Origin: a phage | Assembly (NCBI GenBank): GCA_036611895.1 | Contig: GCA_036611895.1_4766.1 | DNA length: 64,000 bases | Direction: 5' to 3' (one strand) | Part shown: piece by piece, positions 1 through 9,082 of the stretch | How positions within the stretch are numbered: the first letter of the stretch is position 1 | Layout: each line of letters begins with the position of its first letter | The notes under the pieces: model-generated | Told to the model about the DNA's origin: nothing | Seen by the model: only the letters and a program-made list of their open reading frames with translations | The model's database searches: none | Position numbers and translations under genes: made by a program

Positions 1-98
1 CCTCATTAGAGGGGCTTGTTTTTTATTGGCTTTTTAAGCCTTACTACTTTGTCGGGTAGTTCAGTACCTTTCGGTAAAAACTACCTTACACCTTTGAA

Positions 99-491
99 TC
101 AGATTGTACAACCACCACCATCACAGGTATTGTTTTCTGCAAAGGAAGCCAGAGCCTTAGCAGTCTCCTCTTTCTCATGCAGTGCCTGACGTAGCAGGTA
201 ACCCTCTAATTCCCAAATCTTATTGAATGCATTTTCATACGCATACTGACGGCCCTTCTGCTCATCATAGATGGTTGGGTCTACACAGGCAGATACGCCT
301 TCAACTTTAAAGTTGTTTTCCAGGATGATAACACAATAGGTTACCAGACCCAGGTTAGCCAAATCATCTGCCGGGATTGCAGAGGGGTCAACGAATGCAG
401 ACTTCACTGCATCAGCACCATTGAAATAGTAGACGCTCTTAATCTTAGCTTCGATTGCTTCTTTACTTACTGTTGCCATTATTAGCCTCAT
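99..491 (-). CDS. hypothetical protein
   Basis: 130-aa ORF at the left edge of the minus-strand block; no recognisable motif. Confidence 0.4.
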   Translation of the reverse strand: MRLIMATVSKEAIEAKIKSVYYFNGADAVKSAFVDPSAIPADDLANLGLVTYCVIILENNFKVEGVSACVDPTIYDEQKGRQYAYENAFNKIWELEGYLLRQALHEKEETAKALASFAENNTCDGGGCTI

Positions 492-543
492 AGAGTGGTT
501 TGAATATGTACTTAAACATGGTTGCGTTTATTAGTACTCAAAT

Positions 544-568
544 AAAAAAGTCCCTCCGAAGAGGGACT
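544..568 (-). terminator. rho-independent terminator downstream of tRNA-like cluster
   Basis: Plus strand AAAAAAGTCCCTC-CGAA-GAGGGACT, so minus sense is an 8-bp GC-rich stem followed by a T6 run. Confidence 0.6.
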
Positions 569-688
569 TAGTAGCTTTAATGCAGATCACACCGATAGGT
601 ATGTTTACAATAACTAGAGTGCCGGACTGTCTCACCGGCATTGTCTTTAGAGTGCAATGCAATCAGGACTATGTTCTCTATTAATAAG

Positions 689-762
689 TACCCACTACTG
701 GATTTGAACCAGTGACCTTCCGATTATTTGTCGGTTGCTTTCCCCGTCTAAGCTAAGTGGGC
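689..762 (-). tRNA. tRNA-like gene, isotype undetermined
   Basis: Minus sense has a 7-bp acceptor stem (GCCCACT/AGTGGGT), D-stem GCTT/AAGC and T-arm ACTGG-TTCAAAT-CCAGT; anticodon arm has one A-A mismatch and loop CAAAUAA with A at position 33. Confidence 0.5.
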
Positions 763-770
763 ATAAATGG

Positions 771-843
771 TTACCCGGACAGGATTCGAACCTGTGTCCT
801 AGTTGGTTTACTAGTGGGGCTTTACCACTAAGCCTACCGGGTA
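771..843 (-). tRNA. tRNA-like gene, isotype undetermined
   Basis: Perfect 7-bp acceptor stem (TACCCGG/CCGGGTA), D-stem GGCT/AGCC and T-arm ACAGG-TTCGAAT-CCTGT; anticodon stem CTAGT/ACTAG encloses a 6-nt loop (or 4-bp stem with 8-nt loop). Confidence 0.5.
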
Positions 844-1232
844 TTAATGAGTGAGCCATGCCAGACTTTAACTGGCTCCTTCTTCGCAATCCTTACATAC
901 CCCTACATAATTATTGCGTTAAGCTTTTTTGTTTAAGTTTAAGTGAAGGCGTTCTTGCTGACTCATAATAGGTTGGGCGTTTGACGAATGACTAGTTCGT
1001 TACTACCCATTTGCCATAAGTACCTGGCGACTTTGGTTTGAGGTGGGAGTCCGAGTCCTGTACAGCCTTACCGTTCTCACATTGGCAGCGTATCTAGAAT
1101 ATCACTTCCGGCAACTGGATTTAACTGTTACACCTCAAATCTGGTAGGGGCGTCCAGAGGTCTCATCTGGTACTTACGCCGTCGTATGGTTACGACTTAC
1201 CCCCATATTTCTTACAATTCGAGAGAACTCTT

Positions 1233-1308
1233 ACCCTGGTTTAGGATTCGAACCTAATTGGGAAGTAGTTTTCCATGACATTTTTCACTTCTTTCTCGGT
1301 AACCAAGA
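1233..1308 (-). other. degenerate tRNA-like element (T-arm only)
   Basis: T-arm TTAGG-TTCGAAT-CCTAA and a G-U-containing acceptor pairing, but no foldable D or anticodon arm by eye. Confidence 0.25.
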
Positions 1309-1328
1309 TAAGAGTTCTCACGAATTGG

Positions 1329-1391
1329 TTCCGGCGTCTGGACTCGAACCAGAACACTCATGCCGTGCACGACACTAGTACCTACACCGGA
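1329..1391 (-). other. degenerate tRNA-like element (T-arm hairpin)
   Basis: T-arm-like TCTGG-TTCGAGT-CCAGA; the only acceptor pairing gives a 63-nt unit, too short for a cloverleaf. Confidence 0.2.
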
Positions 1392-1534
1392 ATTAATTGC
1401 CAGGGATTCCACCTGGCTCCATCTGTTTTTATAGTCACTCAGATATCGTCTGGACTCTTTACTGTGGTCCGTACCGGCTACTTAGAGTAACTACGGTAAA
1501 GATTATTCCACAGCTTACATTGATGGCACAACCC

Positions 1535-1618
1535 ATCAAAGAGTACACTAGCACTGGGCCACGCATAAGTGGGCATCGGCCTTCCTCCCACAGCTAATCT
1601 ACTAATGTACTCATTGAT
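1535..1618. repeat. inverted-repeat-flanked unit A
   Basis: ATCAAAGAGTACACTA at 1535-1550 and TAATGTACTCATTGAT at 1603-1618; arms are 12/13 complementary and enclose about 55 nt. Confidence 0.6.
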
Positions 1619-1791
1619 TGGCCCTCCGTTTCTAATACATGGACGGAGGAACTCCACGGTCGTTTGATAATCAGGACGACTCACTCCTGACTGACGCTTG
1701 GCTTATTAGGCTGCCATCAGAACAACATCATCGTTTGCATTTATCTTTGTGGTCAGTTTCTAAAAAGTCCGCAAAGTCGCTTACGAAAACT

Positions 1792-1892
1792 ATCAAAGAG
1801 TACACTAAGCACAGGTAGCTACCCTGCCGTCTTCTCCACCTACACCGGCTACAGTGTAAACCTCCGCACGTTAGCTTAATGTACTCATTGAT
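1792..1892. repeat. inverted-repeat-flanked unit B, second copy of unit A flanks
   Basis: Same 16-nt flank sequences repeated at 1792-1807 and 1877-1892 around a different approx. 70-nt interior. Confidence 0.6.
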
Positions 1893-1911
1893 AGGATGTC
1901 AGTAGGTCGGG

Positions 1912-1981
1912 GGCTGGATTCGAACCAGCGAAAGAAGTAGCGACCGTCTGCACATGCCTACGTGCTACCCCGACCATTATA
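1912..1981 (-). tRNA. tRNA-like gene, isotype undetermined
   Basis: Perfect 7-bp acceptor stem (GTCGGGG/CCCCGAC), D-stem GCAC/GTGC and T-arm GCTGG-TTCGAAT-CCAGC; anticodon arm is imperfect with a short variable region. Confidence 0.5.
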
Positions 1982-2394
1982 ATAGGGGAGGGAGGACGAG
2001 TCCCTCTTTACCCTATGATTTAGTTTGCATGTAAGACCTAACAATTCGATGCTGTAGGTAGCTATGCTATCCGACATTTAACCCAGCCCATATAGGGGCT
2101 TATGTGATTAAAATGCTCAACATTGAGCGGTTAGTTGATAAGGGATCTGAAGCCTTATCCCAAAGATACTAACCTTTGGGATATAGCCTAAGATTCAGAA
2201 ATGGCCCCTATAGGGAGAGGCCATTGATTAACCCGAATGTTGCTTTACATTTTCTGTGATAACCCATTCTTAAAATAGTCTACCTGACGGATGGGCATAA
2301 ACCCTAGCGTCAGTGCCATACGGCAAAGATTAAGTTAAGAAAGGTTATGATAGGAGTTCCTATCTCAAAGGATTCTAACAGAACCCTTCACGAT

Positions 2395-2566
2395 ATTAAC
2401 TACTCTTTTTTAATGCTTCTACTTCACCATCTTTATACCAAACATATGGTACTAAGATTTTGCAGCCTTCTGATTCAATGTGAAATGCTTTCTTTCCTTC
2501 AACGGGTTCTCCCCCCATGAAAGAACTAACCTTTCCATTGAACCAGTGAATAGTAAATTTGTTCAT
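2395..2566 (-). CDS. small hypothetical protein (56 aa)
   Basis: ATG-initiated ORF MNKFTIHWFNG... in an otherwise ORF-free stretch; weak RBS; below the track cutoff. Confidence 0.25.
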
Positions 2567-2800
2567 ATTAGTCTCAATTGAACCAATGGACTTCGGAGAG
2601 TATTAAAGTCCACTGGTTCGGTTGTTGTTGTTACTCTGGCGGCTTGTCACCACCGTGTTTACCACTGCATTTCCACAGGATAATGACAGTGATGATAAAA
2701 GCTATGTATGGAGCCGACACGTCTATAATCCTGACCAGTAGTAGCATCAGGACTATAAACACTACCACACCTAGCAGCAGATTCTGAGCCACCTACCAGA

Positions 2801-3238
2801 TTAACTACGTTTAAGGCCAGCGAACAGTGAAGGCTTAGTAGCAGGTTTCTCTGCTGGTTCTTCGGCCTTAACCTCTTCCTGCACAACTTCTTCTTGTGCT
2901 TCTGGTTCAGCTACTGCTTCTTCAGGATCCGGCGTAGAACTCTCGTTCTGACCACCAGTAGAGGTCTGGGTTTCTTCTACCTTTACCTCTTCAACAGCTT
3001 CTTCCGGCTCTGGTTCTACCGGACGGTGTTTAGCTTCTTGAGGATTCTTACGAGAACGGCGAGTTTTCTTCTCTACTCCCACGGGTGGAGTGTCTTCGTG
3101 AACCTCTTCGTTAATACCAACGGAGGCAGTACCATCTGCATTGATGACAATATTAATGTCACCAGCAAGATTGATTTGATCATCAACATAAGCCTGTACA
3201 GCAGCTTCTACTTCGGACTGGTTCAAAATGATTTGCAT
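2801..3238 (-). CDS. hypothetical acidic protein
   Basis: 145-aa ORF with a strongly acidic, Glu/Pro-rich C-terminal half; 1-nt gap to the next gene. Confidence 0.5.
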   Translation of the reverse strand: MQIILNQSEVEAAVQAYVDDQINLAGDINIVINADGTASVGINEEVHEDTPPVGVEKKTRRSRKNPQEAKHRPVEPEPEEAVEEVKVEETQTSTGGQNESSTPDPEEAVAEPEAQEEVVQEEVKAEEPAEKPATKPSLFAGLKRS

Positions 3239-3239
3239 A

Positions 3240-3794
3240 TTACGCCTTTAATAACTTAATAAGGTTCTGGAAAGCTGGTAGATTTACGCCAGCATGGATT
3301 GCACCGATTGCATCAGCTAAGTGCTCATTCTTATTCAGAAGTTTGCCCTTCTTATCGGTGAGCCAGTTGGCTTCAGGATAGATGGCATGAGCAGCACGAA
3401 TCATCGTGTCTTTGGATGCAGTTTTATCACCGACCAGTGCAAGTTTGTTTTCAATTGGGGATACTTCAAAGATTGGACAACCCAATGCACGAAATGCACC
3501 GATTAATCCTACGCATACACCATAGGATTTCATACCGTTAGCAGACTGAGAGCCTACTGGTACTTCTACGAATACTGCTTTAGCAGATCGTAACCATTCC
3601 TCACAACCAAGAAACAAATCGTAAGCGGCTTGTATATCTTTGGAGTTGGTTCGAACTTGTTTGTTGTGGTCAACTTCAGTTTGAACCAGTTTAAGTTCGA
3701 CCTGCTCGAAGACGCCGGACTCAATGTCCAGCATCCCACGAGCTAAACCCCAATTGCGGAGACTAATGTCTGCACCAACAATTGGGATTTTCAT
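3240..3794 (-). CDS. RuvC-like Holliday junction resolvase
   Basis: N-terminal IVGADIS, mid VFVEVP and C-terminal EHLADAIGAIHAG resemble the RuvC catalytic D, E and HxADA motifs. Confidence 0.55.
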   Translation of the reverse strand: MKIPIVGADISLRNWGLARGMLDIESGVFEQVELKLVQTEVDHNKQVRTNSKDIQAAYDLFLGCEEWLRSAKAVFVEVPVGSQSANGMKSYGVCVGLIGAFRALGCPIFEVSPIENKLALVGDKTASKDTMIRAAHAIYPEANWLTDKKGKLLNKNEHLADAIGAIHAGVNLPAFQNLIKLLKA

Positions 3795-4591
3795 TAACGT
3801 TTACCGAACAGAGATTTACCACCAGCAGGAGTAGTACCCGTACCAGCACCTGGTTTAGGAGGTAAGCCACCTTTACCATTACCACCAGCAGAACTCTTAG
3901 TCTTGTCACGAGTTTTGCCTTTGTTCTTTTCCAGCCATGCTGCATAGAATACAGCCAGTTCTGGGGTCAGCTCTTTTTCAGCCTTCTCTGCTTCCTGAGC
4001 CTCGACGACTGTGACCAGCAGTTCCGGGTGAAACACTTTCTGAATCTCGTTTACTTCACGGGTTTCACCGGAGTCAACGTAGCCGTTGTCACCTTTAACC
4101 TGCTTGGATTCCAGAACTTTTTCCAGAGCGAAGGTAACAGTTTGACCAACCAGTTCAACTGGAACCATGACAGATTTATTAACTTCTGCTTTAGCGTCGT
4201 AGTCATAAACTTTGACAATCTTCTCTTCGAAGTCTGCTTCAGGCAGTTCAGTACCGGTAGCCATCAGCATCATGTCGTTAATGACAGTGTAGCCAGGCAA
4301 GAAGTATTCTTTACCGTTCTTCTCGTAAGTCGGCTTGTTGCCTTTAGCATTACCAGAAGTGAAGTACACCTGAGCACGGAACTCACCGGCAGGTACGCCA
4401 TCAGAGTTTTTCAGGTCTTCAATGATTAACTGCATCCAGTCTGCACCAGAGTCAGCTTTACCTACGTAAGCTACTTTTACAGTACCGGTGTAGATATCGG
4501 ATTCTTTTGCACCGAAGCCACCACCACCAAGGGAGTCTTTTACAGCTTCAACGTTTTTGGTTTTTTCTTTCAGATTACTGAACAATGACAT
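3794..4591 (-). CDS. single-stranded DNA-binding protein-like (N4 SSB-like by size and position)
   Basis: 265-aa ORF with a Gly/Pro-rich flexible C-terminal tail, located downstream of the replication genes; assignment by synteny. Confidence 0.4.
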   Translation of the reverse strand: MSLFSNLKEKTKNVEAVKDSLGGGGFGAKESDIYTGTVKVAYVGKADSGADWMQLIIEDLKNSDGVPAGEFRAQVYFTSGNAKGNKPTYEKNGKEYFLPGYTVINDMMLMATGTELPEADFEEKIVKVYDYDAKAEVNKSVMVPVELVGQTVTFALEKVLESKQVKGDNGYVDSGETREVNEIQKVFHPELLVTVVEAQEAEKAEKELTPELAVFYAAWLEKNKGKTRDKTKSSAGGNGKGGLPPKPGAGTGTTPAGGKSLFGKR

Positions 4592-4630
4592 ATGATTTTC
4601 CTAATAAGTGATTAACAACCAGGCAAACGC

Positions 4631-5383
4631 TTAAGCGTAGTATTCAGCCAGATGGTCTAAGAGTTTCTGGGCATCGTTATCAATGTAAGTCTCGGACTTA
4701 TCGAACATACCCATTGGGGAACGAAGTCGTTTACCAACAGACTTCTTAGTAGGACGGGTCTGGAATACGTGCTTATATCCTAAGTCACGTTCTTCTTCCG
4801 TAATTTCTAACATCTTGTTCCCATACTTCTCTAGTTCTTTAATGTCTACACGTTCTGCGTAAACCACTGTAGAGAAGTAGGCTTCAAGCCCGTTATTCTT
4901 AAGAGAGCCTTTCACTGGGATGAATGTTTTCATCACACCAGCAGCTTCATCAAGTTCGTCTTTAGCGTGTGCAGTAATGATTACTGGCTTACCAAACTTA
5001 ACGACTTTCTGTTGCAGCAGTATCTTAAAGAACTGTGCAAAATCCCCCCATGCCTTTTGCGTATTTGCGGAAGGCAATACGTATTGGGATTCCAGCATAT
5101 CCATCATAAAGGTTGCTGAGTCAATGATGATACCATCAACATCATCTGCCATTTCTCCACCAGGAGATGCAACATCAAATGCTTCCCAAATCTGATATGG
5201 GTCTTCAATGTTGTAGGTATTGAACTTGTTACGGAAAGGCAGACGTTTACCTGCTTCAGTATTCAGATAGAGCCAGCGTTCCTGGTTCCTGATGTTACGC
5301 AGTGATGCTGATTTACCACTCGCTGAGAATCCTGCAATCAGGATTAGCTGAGTGTTCATATCATTGGGAATTACTTCGGACAT
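4631..5383 (-). CDS. RecA-like P-loop ATPase (AAA_24/Sak4-like)
   Basis: Walker A GFSASGKS near the N-terminus, hydrophobic strand plus D (IIIDSA) as Walker B; about 250 aa. Confidence 0.55.
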   Translation of the reverse strand: MSEVIPNDMNTQLILIAGFSASGKSASLRNIRNQERWLYLNTEAGKRLPFRNKFNTYNIEDPYQIWEAFDVASPGGEMADDVDGIIIDSATFMMDMLESQYVLPSANTQKAWGDFAQFFKILLQQKVVKFGKPVIITAHAKDELDEAAGVMKTFIPVKGSLKNNGLEAYFSTVVYAERVDIKELEKYGNKMLEITEEERDLGYKHVFQTRPTKKSVGKRLRSPMGMFDKSETYIDNDAQKLLDHLAEYYA

Positions 5384-5439
5384 TATTTTTCCTCATTTAA
5401 TTTAGGAGTCCTTCAAACCAAAGAAAGACTCCTGTTTGC

Positions 5440-7593
5440 TTACTTGCCAGCGAAGCGTTTAGCCACGGTGACCATTACGGTTGCATTCAACTCATCATCT
5501 GGTAATGGATTAGCCAGTTTCTTATTGAATGAGTGGACGGCTTGCTGTACTTGGGCAAAATCCCAACCGCTGTCAACCAATGCCAGTGCGTACTTAATCA
5601 TTTGATTATTACGATTACCGGTAGCAATACGACTAGCGAACCAACGCTCCAGATTATCCAACGACTGTACTTCCTTCATCTGGTTCTGGAACTGCTCGTT
5701 CTTACTAGTACGAGGAATAAAGTCACGCACGTCCAACAGATTTGCTTCAAGATTGTAATGATAAGAACCAGTCTCGCAGGACATCCACTTCTTGGCTCGC
5801 TGATTAGCAGACTCATCCGTTTCGAACGGTAGCCAAGACATAACGTTATTCATGAACTCTTTATATTCCTCGGTATCGAGGTGTAACTCATAGTTCATTG
5901 GAATAATCAGACGGAATCGGTTCTCTTCATCAGAATGACGTTTAGTGGTATAGGTCATGAACTTATATTCCTTCATCAGTTCATGGCACGTATGCAGTGG
6001 TACTCCACCATCACAGTCAATAACAATCATGTTAAATCCTGGAATAACGTTCTCTTCAGAACGATGCCCATTCTTCATGTGATGGTTTACCCAGTGCATA
6101 CCGGGAGCTTGGGTTAATACATGCAACTGGTCGAACGGTACACGTTCACCAATGTAGTCATAAGCAAAGCTATCACTATATGCCACTATCATCTCATTGA
6201 TGTCAGTTTCTTTCAGAGTTTCCCCACGGAAGAACTCAATACCTTCATTGAAGGTTTTCTTAATGATGATGTGCTGTTTGTAGCCCCATGCTGTAGCAAG
6301 GGTCATCATCTCATTACGAGCTGCATTGCCACTCTTATAGAACGGCAATGACTCTAGCAAGTCAGCATGAGTCACTTCTTTACCTACAGAAGCGATATAC
6401 TTAGCCAGCTTCACATAGGCTTTCTCACGATTGAGAATACCCTGGAATGCTGCTCCAGATTCCTCTACAAGCAGGATTGCTTGTTTAAGGTGGGACATCT
6501 CAATGAATGAACTCTGGTCAACAAACGCTAATGCACCTGCCAGTTTAAGTGCTTTGAAGTAACGGTGGGATATTTCGGCCTTACGAATTTCTTCGTGGTC
6601 AGCCATAGCTTCTGCCTGTTTCTCACAGTCAATTTTGTAAGTAATCAGAGCAATACCCACTGCATCTTCCACAACCATCTTAAAACCAAACAGGTTTGGG
6701 TCAGCCAGACTATGGAAATGGTTAGCCCACTTACCAAGAGACTGTACGTTATCCTGCTTAATCAGGTTACGGTATATTTCTTCTGGGGTCAGTGTTGCAT
6801 GTGCTCGTTTGTCTAAGTGACCAATGGCAAATAGACAGCGACGTGCATACCCTGTATCGAGGAAGTCATAGAACTGATCTTCAGTCTGACCACCATCCAG
6901 TAGTTTACTTGGTGTACCAAATAGCAACAGGTTAGCTGGAGTCTTACCATCCAGTTCTTCGCCACGAACACTTTCAGCAGTGTTTTTGGTTAGCTTCTGC
7001 TTAACCTTACCCTGGTCATATAACTCTAGGAACAGGGTTAATACATCTGTGTTAGCCAATAGGTTTGAACCAATCTCATCAATCTGAAGGTTGATTGAAC
7101 CACAGCCAGCCATTAACAGCTTATGACGTAGCTGTTTAACTGCCGGTGGAGTACCAGAGTCAAACGTAAACGGATATGCCCCGGCACGCTTATACTCTGC
7201 TTCAACTTTATCAAACTCATCATTCTGGTCTGTACCCTGACGAGCAGCACGTTCGTTAGCAATCTTCCATAAACGGTCATTTGCAATGACGGGCATGGTG
7301 TCTTCCATAAAACGTTTACGGAAGCCAGTCATGAACCCGTCTTCAATAATATTTACCGAGTGACCTTTACCGAAGCCAGACGTTGCTAATGCCATAGCGT
7401 AAATGTTGACTGGTAAGTCACCACGGTCTTTAGTGACAATGGTTGCACCCATGCAGGATGCCATTTTAGCCAGGAAGTAGGCTACTTCGACACGGAAGAA
7501 TCCTCTGTCGTTGTTTTGTGTCTTGTTACACAGCACATCTACAATTTCTTCAATTGCAGGGTGGTGACTTATGCCAGTAAGGTCAATACTCAT
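5440..7593 (-). CDS. DNA primase-like replication protein
   Basis: 717-aa ORF; C-terminal region has an hhhDxD-like motif (MIVIDCDGG) reminiscent of AEP primase-polymerases; position between ATPase and polymerase. Confidence 0.45.
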   Translation of the reverse strand: MSIDLTGISHHPAIEEIVDVLCNKTQNNDRGFFRVEVAYFLAKMASCMGATIVTKDRGDLPVNIYAMALATSGFGKGHSVNIIEDGFMTGFRKRFMEDTMPVIANDRLWKIANERAARQGTDQNDEFDKVEAEYKRAGAYPFTFDSGTPPAVKQLRHKLLMAGCGSINLQIDEIGSNLLANTDVLTLFLELYDQGKVKQKLTKNTAESVRGEELDGKTPANLLLFGTPSKLLDGGQTEDQFYDFLDTGYARRCLFAIGHLDKRAHATLTPEEIYRNLIKQDNVQSLGKWANHFHSLADPNLFGFKMVVEDAVGIALITYKIDCEKQAEAMADHEEIRKAEISHRYFKALKLAGALAFVDQSSFIEMSHLKQAILLVEESGAAFQGILNREKAYVKLAKYIASVGKEVTHADLLESLPFYKSGNAARNEMMTLATAWGYKQHIIIKKTFNEGIEFFRGETLKETDINEMIVAYSDSFAYDYIGERVPFDQLHVLTQAPGMHWVNHHMKNGHRSEENVIPGFNMIVIDCDGGVPLHTCHELMKEYKFMTYTTKRHSDEENRFRLIIPMNYELHLDTEEYKEFMNNVMSWLPFETDESANQRAKKWMSCETGSYHYNLEANLLDVRDFIPRTSKNEQFQNQMKEVQSLDNLERWFASRIATGNRNNQMIKYALALVDSGWDFAQVQQAVHSFNKKLANPLPDDELNATVMVTVAKRFAGK

Positions 7594-8105
7594 TTAAATA
7601 ATCCTAAGCTCATGTTAGTAACGGCAAATTCCCCAAAATGTGCTAATGCAGCTTGGTCATATACCTTAGCTGCCTCTACTGCATCTGGGAATACACCTAG
7701 AAAATGTGATTTGTGGTTTACCTTAATTGCTGCTTGGTATCCACTCCTGAATTTTGTAACACCCATAAAACCTGTAGTGTTGTTTTTATTCAGTCCACGG
7801 TTAGCTCCGTTAGTACTTTTATCGGCTTCTCTCAGATTGTCTATCCAGTTATGGGTTTTAATAGTGTCCTTATGGTCTAAAAGACCCTTTGGCCATACCC
7901 CATAAACATAGAACCAAGCTAATCTGTGAGCAGCTTCCCGTTTGGCATCAACAGTTATATAGATATAGCCGTCACTCTTGTTAACTGACCCAGCAATGCT
8001 ACCTACTGGTGTGCGATTACTGAGAGATATACGACGAGTGAAGATGCCAGTTTGAGCATCATAATGCAGTAATTCTTTCAGACGTTGCTGGGTCAGCTTA
8101 CTCAT
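7590..8105 (-). CDS. HNH homing endonuclease with AP2 DNA-binding domain
   Basis: HRLAW...G...DHKD...N motif followed by a C-terminal AP2-like domain (GVTKFRSGYQAAI...AAKVYDQAA); the likely start ATG at 8105 overlaps the upstream stop as ATGA. Confidence 0.8.
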   Translation of the reverse strand: MSKLTQQRLKELLHYDAQTGIFTRRISLSNRTPVGSIAGSVNKSDGYIYITVDAKREAAHRLAWFYVYGVWPKGLLDHKDTIKTHNWIDNLREADKSTNGANRGLNKNNTTGFMGVTKFRSGYQAAIKVNHKSHFLGVFPDAVEAAKVYDQAALAHFGEFAVTNMSLGLFK

Positions 8106-9082
8106 GATGGAAAATATCTCTCTCTTTGTTTGCAAATGGACGCGACAGGGCAGTACAGACAACGCTTAACCTGCCCCTCCACGACCTTGATAGCACCTTT
8201 GCCACCTTTTTCAGCCATGAAGATACGAGCAGATGCCATATCGTCAAAGTTTTTGGTACTTCTGGCTCCAGGTACATCTACCTTAGAAGCATCAGAGAAG
8301 TATTTGAACTGTGGCTCTGTTCGCCACAACTCCTCGTCAGTACATTCAGGAATTTCCTCTTCAGGTGCATTCCAGTAATTCTCAATGAGGTGAATCTTCT
8401 CTTCTACCCAACGTTCAGTCTTATCGACAGATAGCAACGGAATATCCTTATGCATAATACGATTAGCAGGATAGTTCGGATTGCTATTAGCCATGTGCTT
8501 CATGAAGTCAGTGAAGATGTAGTTAATACGAATTACATCCTCGGTAATGATGTCGTTGTGAATCCAACGATACAAGCTGCCTTGCATCTTGTGTTCATCA
8601 TCACGGGAACCAGCAACCCAGGAATAGGTTGAGGTAGACTTAAAGTCCTGCAACAGACCTTCTGTTACGATGTCGAACTTACCACCGATAGTCCAACCCT
8701 TAACTACCCTGGTTCCACGCTTTTCAATGTAGATTGGGATAAGGTCAGGGTTAGCATCAAAGTCTGCTTTGGTTGGGTTAATGACTACTGCATCAATTAC
8801 TCGCTGAGGATAACCCAGTTTTTTCAATGCAGTCTTATGACCCAGCTTCCAGGCTTTCTCGATAGAATCATGTAAGCCAGTACCCATTGATGTGGAGACG
8901 AAATCCATAACATCAATTGACTGGTCACTTAAATCTACACGATGTTTCATGACGATTTGCTTAATAGGCTTAAGCAATGTAGTAACAGACAGATACTTAG
9001 GATTGTCTACGTAATCATACTCGTCATGCAATAGCCATACAGCCAGAGCCAGTGAGACATCATGGTTGTTGGTTATTTTCAT
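8102..9082 (-). CDS. PD-(D/E)XK nuclease (RecB/Cas4-like exonuclease)
   Basis: GGKFDIVTEGLLQDFK core (D...E/Q-x-K) and a C-terminal Cys cluster CLYCPVASIC. Confidence 0.5.
   Translation of the reverse strand: MKITNNHDVSLALAVWLLHDEYDYVDNPKYLSVTTLLKPIKQIVMKHRVDLSDQSIDVMDFVSTSMGTGLHDSIEKAWKLGHKTALKKLGYPQRVIDAVVINPTKADFDANPDLIPIYIEKRGTRVVKGWTIGGKFDIVTEGLLQDFKSTSTYSWVAGSRDDEHKMQGSLYRWIHNDIITEDVIRINYIFTDFMKHMANSNPNYPANRIMHKDIPLLSVDKTERWVEEKIHLIENYWNAPEEEIPECTDEELWRTEPQFKYFSDASKVDVPGARSTKNFDDMASARIFMAEKGGKGAIKVVEGQVKRCLYCPVASICKQRERYFPS

Noticed and set aside
1401-1417. Hairpin CCAGG-GATTCCA-CCTGG, considered as another tRNA T-arm
   Set aside because: Loop sequence does not match the T-loop pattern in either orientation and no acceptor pairing is available
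1275-1684. Short ORFs (66-71 aa) inside the tRNA-like region
   Set aside because: They overlap tRNA-like and hairpin elements, have no RBS, and sit in a region dominated by RNA structure
2894-3259. 121-aa plus-strand ORF, and the many similar plus-strand ORFs across 3000-39000
   Set aside because: All overlap minus-strand genes that have tight stop/start coupling and RBSs; Phe/Leu-rich translations typical of antisense frames
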